Source of the DNA: Candidatus Zhuqueibacterota bacterium
GTDB lineage: Bacteria > Zhuqueibacterota > Zhuqueibacteria > Thermofontimicrobiales > Thermofontimicrobiaceae
Direction of reading: 5' to 3'
DNA: 64,000 nt
Assembly: GCA_049322915.1 (NCBI GenBank)
Contig: JBMOPW010000014.1
Location: forward strand, 890,774 to 954,773
Of this stretch, positions 60,901 through 64,000 are shown one piece after another. The position numbers were made by a program, and so were the translations under genes. Each line of letters begins with the position of its first letter. Positions within the stretch are counted from its first letter, which is position 1. The notes below the pieces were generated by a model, which did not search any database, had not been told where the DNA came from, and worked only from the letters and a program-made list of their open reading frames with translations.

Positions 60901-61007
60901 ATGGCACGGACGCCCGCGGCAATTCAATGAGCAGTGGCGTGTATTTTTACAAACTCACGGGTCATGCCGGCGCATCGTCTGTGAAAAAAATGTTGCTCCT
61001 CAAATAA
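57966..61007 (+). CDS. Secreted multidomain protein: DJ-1/PfpI + WxKTFGG repeats (beta-propeller-like) + PKD + LamG/ConA-like + T9SS-type/FlgD C-terminal domain
   Basis: Signal peptide; TTCAGARVLAAADVIRGKRV (PfpI Cys); repeated WEKTFGG; SGHAPLSVDF..WQWDFD (PKD); WQHIAVTY..FKGTIDEVRLWN (LamG); NYPNPFNP. Confidence 0.82.
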   Translation: MKRLIFQSIVWGLCLFSSVYLFAQEVKILVVMPQNFGANYNFNIEDFDEYGWSITLTGVAPVIQPCQAFGTIFAGCTAVTVDTLISEIADVTDFDCVAIMPAEWRSGNPYSDLLASPDAIHLIKTAADSGVVVWTTCAGARVLAAADVIRGKRVVTQDAFRSEIEAAGGIFVSSDHAPVTEGNIITTVRGQYYHVHNNQAIATALEERLRVNGPASKKFTAAANTISSDVQLRGALWAKTYGGVNADAGRAICETTDGGFVIAGFTYSLGQGYADAYVLKVDAQGNRQWEKTFGGSSWEYAYSVVQTRDRGFVIAGYTASFGAGSKDVFVIKLSETGEMQWEKTFGGADSDVGKAVCELPDGSLLVAGYTESAGAGEEDVYAIKLNSAGDELWSKTFGRNRSEMGAACCCTADGNIVIAGSTGTEPFSSGNMDYYLFKIDPAGNVLWEKAFGNTISAHPYDWANAVAETRDGSFVMAGNSDIRSPLDAYAVSADGDGAMLWQQHYGERFYDYANSIEQTTDGGFLICGAQKDNQTEDKNMSVIKTDSSGNEIWRKTFGGDGADWASDFCQTSDGCYVIVGHTKSFGAGNFDVFLIKISSLFPRFNAAPTSGHAPLSVDFGDMSLGEITGWQWDFDSDGITDSEAPGPSWIYNAPGNYDVTLLIRNATQADTVVSKNLIQVFDGHSALVFNGSSSKIVCPASASLNITENLTAEAWIYPENWGPNSMIGFGRIVEKQQFSLYLIDSSPAFNDHCLALQLLHAGGARSISMTPDSSIQLNTWQHIAVTYAGNGSEVKMYINGIEQPIKFTSAPAGLIADNSGYDLIIGNNAANGYGFKGTIDEVRLWNAALSTQQIFEAMDGHYCAGKAGMVGCWGMDEGSGAVVLDVSNCRNDGAIADAVWCQGLSLVPTSARAGTTAATPDHFLLYDNYPNPFNPETMIRFFLPEASPVKIVIYSVTGARVSTLMDARCEAGFHELTWNGTDARGNSMSSGVYFYKLTGHAGASSVKKMLLLK

Positions 61008-61319
61008 TCCGAACGTCCCCCGGATGCAATCTTCCAACCGAAACACAGAGGTCGTTTGGCGCAGCAATTCAAACGAAAGTCCCTGGCGTCACGACTGAAA
61101 TTCAGGCGTGTTTGTTTTGCTGCCACGGATTCTGAGCCTGGCCAATGACGCGAATCCGCACGCATCGGCGATGGCAAAAGTCACCGGCGGAAATCCTTTT
61201 CCAACTTTTACACTATTATTCCCGCAAGCATTCAACGTTTTCACCCACATTGCCCGGTCGCTGCCTCCCTGAGGGAAAAGCGATCCCGGGGTCATTGCAG
61301 AGAAAAAAATTTTTCCTAT

Positions 61320-61616
61320 CCTGAATTATTCATGAACTTGCTCAGAATTTGAGTCAACATTGAGATTTTCAATTAGCTAAAGGCTAAGCTATTTTGAAAC
61401 TCAGTTTTTATACGTTTATTCCAAAAAGAGCACCATTCAGGTTAGCCAGCCTCCTTTAAAAATACTAATATGAATGACCAGTTAAAAGCATGTGCAATAA
61501 ATTCGATAGTTTTGTATCTGTAGAGGACGGTCGCGACCGTCCTCTACGCGAATGTCCAATGATAATGTAGGCGCCAAAATCTAACAGGTCATTCATATTA
61601 CTATGAATAATGCAGG
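61320..61616 (+). mobile_element. MITE family A, copy 4, interrupted by a nested family-B element
   Basis: Same TIRs; flanks CTAT/CTAA. Removing 61468-61603 restores the ~161-bp element. Confidence 0.85.
61468..61598 (+). mobile_element. MITE family B (131 bp) with a central perfect 28-bp GTAG palindrome
   Basis: TIRs ATATGAATGACCAGTTA / TAACAGGTCATTCATAT; TACTA duplicated on both sides; GTAGAGGACGGTCGCGACCGTCCTCTAC at 61520-61547. Confidence 0.8.
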
Positions 61617-61629
61617 CTAAAAAAAAGTC

Positions 61630-61686
61630 TTGACTTTGTGAAACAAATTTTGTATACTTCCCGTAAACGAGTTTGCAATACAAACC
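61630..61686 (+). promoter_or_regulatory. Promoter with two TTTG-N5-CAAA operator-like palindromes
   Basis: TTGACT, 17-bp spacer, TATACT; ACTTTGTGAAACAAATT (61633-61649) and AGTTTGCAATACAAACC (61670-61686). Confidence 0.65.
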
Positions 61687-61725
61687 GATATGCAGTTCAG
61701 ATTAATTTGTAAAAGGAGAAATGAA

Positions 61726-62382
61726 ATGAACGAGAAAATCAATCTCAAAGAAATGGAGAGGAGGGCATTTGTCTCCTATCATCGCGACGGGCTGATCGAT
61801 CTGTTCCTGGGCTTTCTGCTCATGGTTTCCGTCCTGAGCGCTACGTTGAGCGCAAACGGCGTCGCCGATTCTGTACGCATTGCCATTTATGTGCCGCTCA
61901 TGGTTGTGATAGGACCTGTCCTGTACATGGTGGGGAAGAGGTATATCACCATTCCCCGGCTGGGATATGTGAAATTTGGGCCGGAGCGCCGCAGCCAGCG
62001 GAAGCTCATGACGATCATTCTTGTGCACGTTGTGTTATTGACCCTGGTGATCTGGACATATACGTCAAGAAAAACACTGGGATACTTTGGTTCGATCATG
62101 GGAACCTATGGCATGTCGCTTATCATTGTTCTGATTATCATGGCGTTTTTTAGCTTTGCCGTGTATCTGACAGATTACAAGCGATTGTATATATTGGGAC
62201 TCATTGTGGCAGGCATCGAACCGTTGCATATTATAGCTGAGCGCAATTTTGACCCGAAGTATGTCGGACTGATTTCTTCCGGAATTCCCGGCCTCATCCT
62301 GCTCGTCATGGGCGGAGTGACGTTGATTCAGTTCTTGCATAAATATGAGAAAATCGATTCGGAGGTGGAATATGGTAAATAG
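61726..62382 (+). CDS. Membrane protein, paralog 1
   Basis: LKEMERRAF..DGL.., ITIPRLGYVKF, six transmembrane segments; AAGGAG RBS. Confidence 0.75.
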   Translation: MNEKINLKEMERRAFVSYHRDGLIDLFLGFLLMVSVLSATLSANGVADSVRIAIYVPLMVVIGPVLYMVGKRYITIPRLGYVKFGPERRSQRKLMTIILVHVVLLTLVIWTYTSRKTLGYFGSIMGTYGMSLIIVLIIMAFFSFAVYLTDYKRLYILGLIVAGIEPLHIIAERNFDPKYVGLISSGIPGLILLVMGGVTLIQFLHKYEKIDSEVEYGK

Positions 62383-63019
62383 TATCAATTTGTCGGACAT
62401 GGAACGCAAGGCATTTCGTTCTACATTTGAAGATGGACTTTTGGAATTGTTGATCATGTGCTTCACGCTGCAATTTGCACTGGCCCCCTATTTGAGCCAA
62501 TGGGGCATGGGTGATTTTTGGAGTTCAGCAATTTTTATGCCGCTTTATCTGATAGCGCTGGTCGGCTACGTTCAGGGAAAAAAACATATGACAGCTCCGC
62601 GAGTTGGCCTGGCGACTTACAGCGAGAAGCGCAGGACGAAAATCCGCAAGCTCAATTTTTATTTGGCCTTCATGGTATTAGCTGGTATTTTCATGGGCGT
62701 CATTGCGTTGCAATTCACCGGCACGACGCTCGCGACATGGCTTTTCCCGGCCGTGATGAGTTTTCTGCTGCTGTTCGCATTCAGCATGGCAGGATATTAT
62801 CTGGATGTCCCACGGCTGTTTTATTACGGTGTGCTGCTTTCTCTTCTGGTCCCTCTGGGTGAAGTCCTGTTCTGGAGAGGGTATGTTTCCCATCACGGCT
62901 ACCCGCTGGTATTCGGCATTGGGACCGTGGTGTTGTTTTTCAATGGAATTTTTCACCTGGTCAGATTCATGACAAAATATAAAATACCGGAACAGGAGTC
63001 CGCACATGGCAAAAGCTGA
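62372..63019 (+). CDS. Membrane protein, paralog 2
   Basis: LSDMERKAF..DGL.., MTAPRVGLA; overlaps both neighbours (translational coupling). Confidence 0.75.
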   Translation: MVNSINLSDMERKAFRSTFEDGLLELLIMCFTLQFALAPYLSQWGMGDFWSSAIFMPLYLIALVGYVQGKKHMTAPRVGLATYSEKRRTKIRKLNFYLAFMVLAGIFMGVIALQFTGTTLATWLFPAVMSFLLLFAFSMAGYYLDVPRLFYYGVLLSLLVPLGEVLFWRGYVSHHGYPLVFGIGTVVLFFNGIFHLVRFMTKYKIPEQESAHGKS

Positions 63020-63335
63020 CAGGGAAAAAGAACTGCCGCAGCAAGTCCCGGACATTGATCGCGTCATTCACGAACCGGCGCGACTGATAATCATGGCCTA
63101 TCTGTACGTGGTGGAAAGCGCAGACTTCCTTTTTCTGATGCGGCAAACCGGTCTCACCCGGGGCAATTTATCGTCACACATGAGCAAGCTGGAGGCCGCA
63201 GGATACGTGCTCGTGGAAAAAGAATTTGTCGCCAAAATCCCTCGGACCATGCTCAAACTGACGCAAGCAGGCCGAGACGCGTTTCAAATGTACCGGCAAC
63301 GGATGAAGGAGCTATTCGAAGAGTTGCCGGAGTAG
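63006..63335 (+). CDS. Winged-helix transcriptional regulator (MarR/ArsR-like, HTH_34 type)
   Basis: IDRVIHEPARLIIMAYL..ADF..LTRGNLSSHMSKLEAAGYV..KEF..PRT..LTQAGRDAF. Confidence 0.9.
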   Translation: MAKADREKELPQQVPDIDRVIHEPARLIIMAYLYVVESADFLFLMRQTGLTRGNLSSHMSKLEAAGYVLVEKEFVAKIPRTMLKLTQAGRDAFQMYRQRMKELFEELPE

Positions 63336-63462
63336 TGGTAGACTGCCTGCCTTCCGCGGATTGAAGCTGCGGCTTTTTCGCGGAAGGCCTGAATTGAACG
63401 AATGGCTCATCTGCATTGTGAATAAGCCAGGCCAATGGGTCGCGATTTGACGATTGGATTTT

Positions 63463-63666
63463 ATGATGAAAGAAATTTCCCGGCGAGAGGTTCAAAACCT
63501 GCTCGCAAAATCGACGGTGGTTCGAACGAGTACCGCACGTAAAAACGGTGAATTGGAAGTGGCGTTTTTCCTCTCCGACAACGGCTGCTTCATTGTTCGC
63601 TACAGCAGCAAACATCAGCGGAAACGATATTTTCTGAAAATGCAGTCGCAATCCTGGCGGCAATAA
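63463..63666 (+). CDS. Small hypothetical protein
   Basis: Short ORF with protein-like composition; no recognisable motif. Confidence 0.4.
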   Translation: MMKEISRREVQNLLAKSTVVRTSTARKNGELEVAFFLSDNGCFIVRYSSKHQRKRYFLKMQSQSWRQ

Positions 63667-63822
63667 CAGAGGAACGCCGGCCGGTTTGTTTTTGAAAGAC
63701 GGCCGGACGCCAGAAGTCCGGAGACAACGCTGAAACGCCATTTCCATAGATCGAATTGTTCTCTGCAACATCAATTCCATAACGGCGTAGTAGTTAGACA
63801 GATATCCAAATCACTGATTATC

Positions 63823-63984
63823 TATACTCATTAAGGGTTAGTTTTTCATGTTGATCATAATAAAATTGGAGTGAAATCCCTATATGGATTTCACTTTTCG
63901 CTGTGCATAAAGGCATGGCACTCTATATTTTAGGGTGAAATCCAATTGATTGAAAAAGAGAAATTTTAACCCTTAAAGAATATA
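63823..63984. mobile_element. Candidate MITE family D (single copy seen)
   Basis: Imperfect 18-bp TIRs TATACTCATTAAGGGTTA / TAACCCTTAAAGAATATA; internal GTGAAATCC-CTATAT-GGATTTCAC hairpin. Confidence 0.45.
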
Positions 63985-64000
63985 ACTCGTGCAAGGAGAA

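Overview
A 64-kb bacterial chromosomal segment. The YPNPFNP-type C-terminal sorting domains, a PorV/PorQ-like barrel, a SusD-less TonB-dependent receptor and an ileS-dksA-like-lspA-rluD operon suggest an FCB-associated lineage such as KSB1, Calditrichota or Ignavibacteria; this is an inference. Housekeeping genes include ileS (partial), lspA, rluD, PIN-PhoH, arfB, a cold-shock protein, plsX, tRNA-Thr(CGT), dnaG and a methionine gamma-lyase-like enzyme. About 25 kb (6.2-31.4 kb) is a LacI-controlled glycan utilisation locus, probably for beta-1,2-glucan. It encodes an ABC importer, a CBM9/DOMON-like secreted protein with a 1509-bp internal duplication, a TBDR/large CTD protein/PorV-like triad, a GH94, two GH144-like enzymes and an unclassified six-hairpin glycosidase. 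The best candidate for an undescribed system is an AT-richer two-gene module just 3' of tRNA-Thr: an HD-CE-like phosphohydrolase and a tandem KaiC/RAD55-like ATPase with one intact and one degenerate domain. Intergenic DNA is rich in non-autonomous elements. These include four copies of a ~161-bp MITE with CC-ended TIRs and 4-bp target duplications, a second MITE carrying a perfect GTAG-REP palindrome nested inside one copy, ~290-bp inverted arms around two UroD-like genes, and a BIME-like hairpin mosaic family. No CRISPR array, integrase or transposase gene was seen. All calls come from motif recognition by eye, with no database searches.
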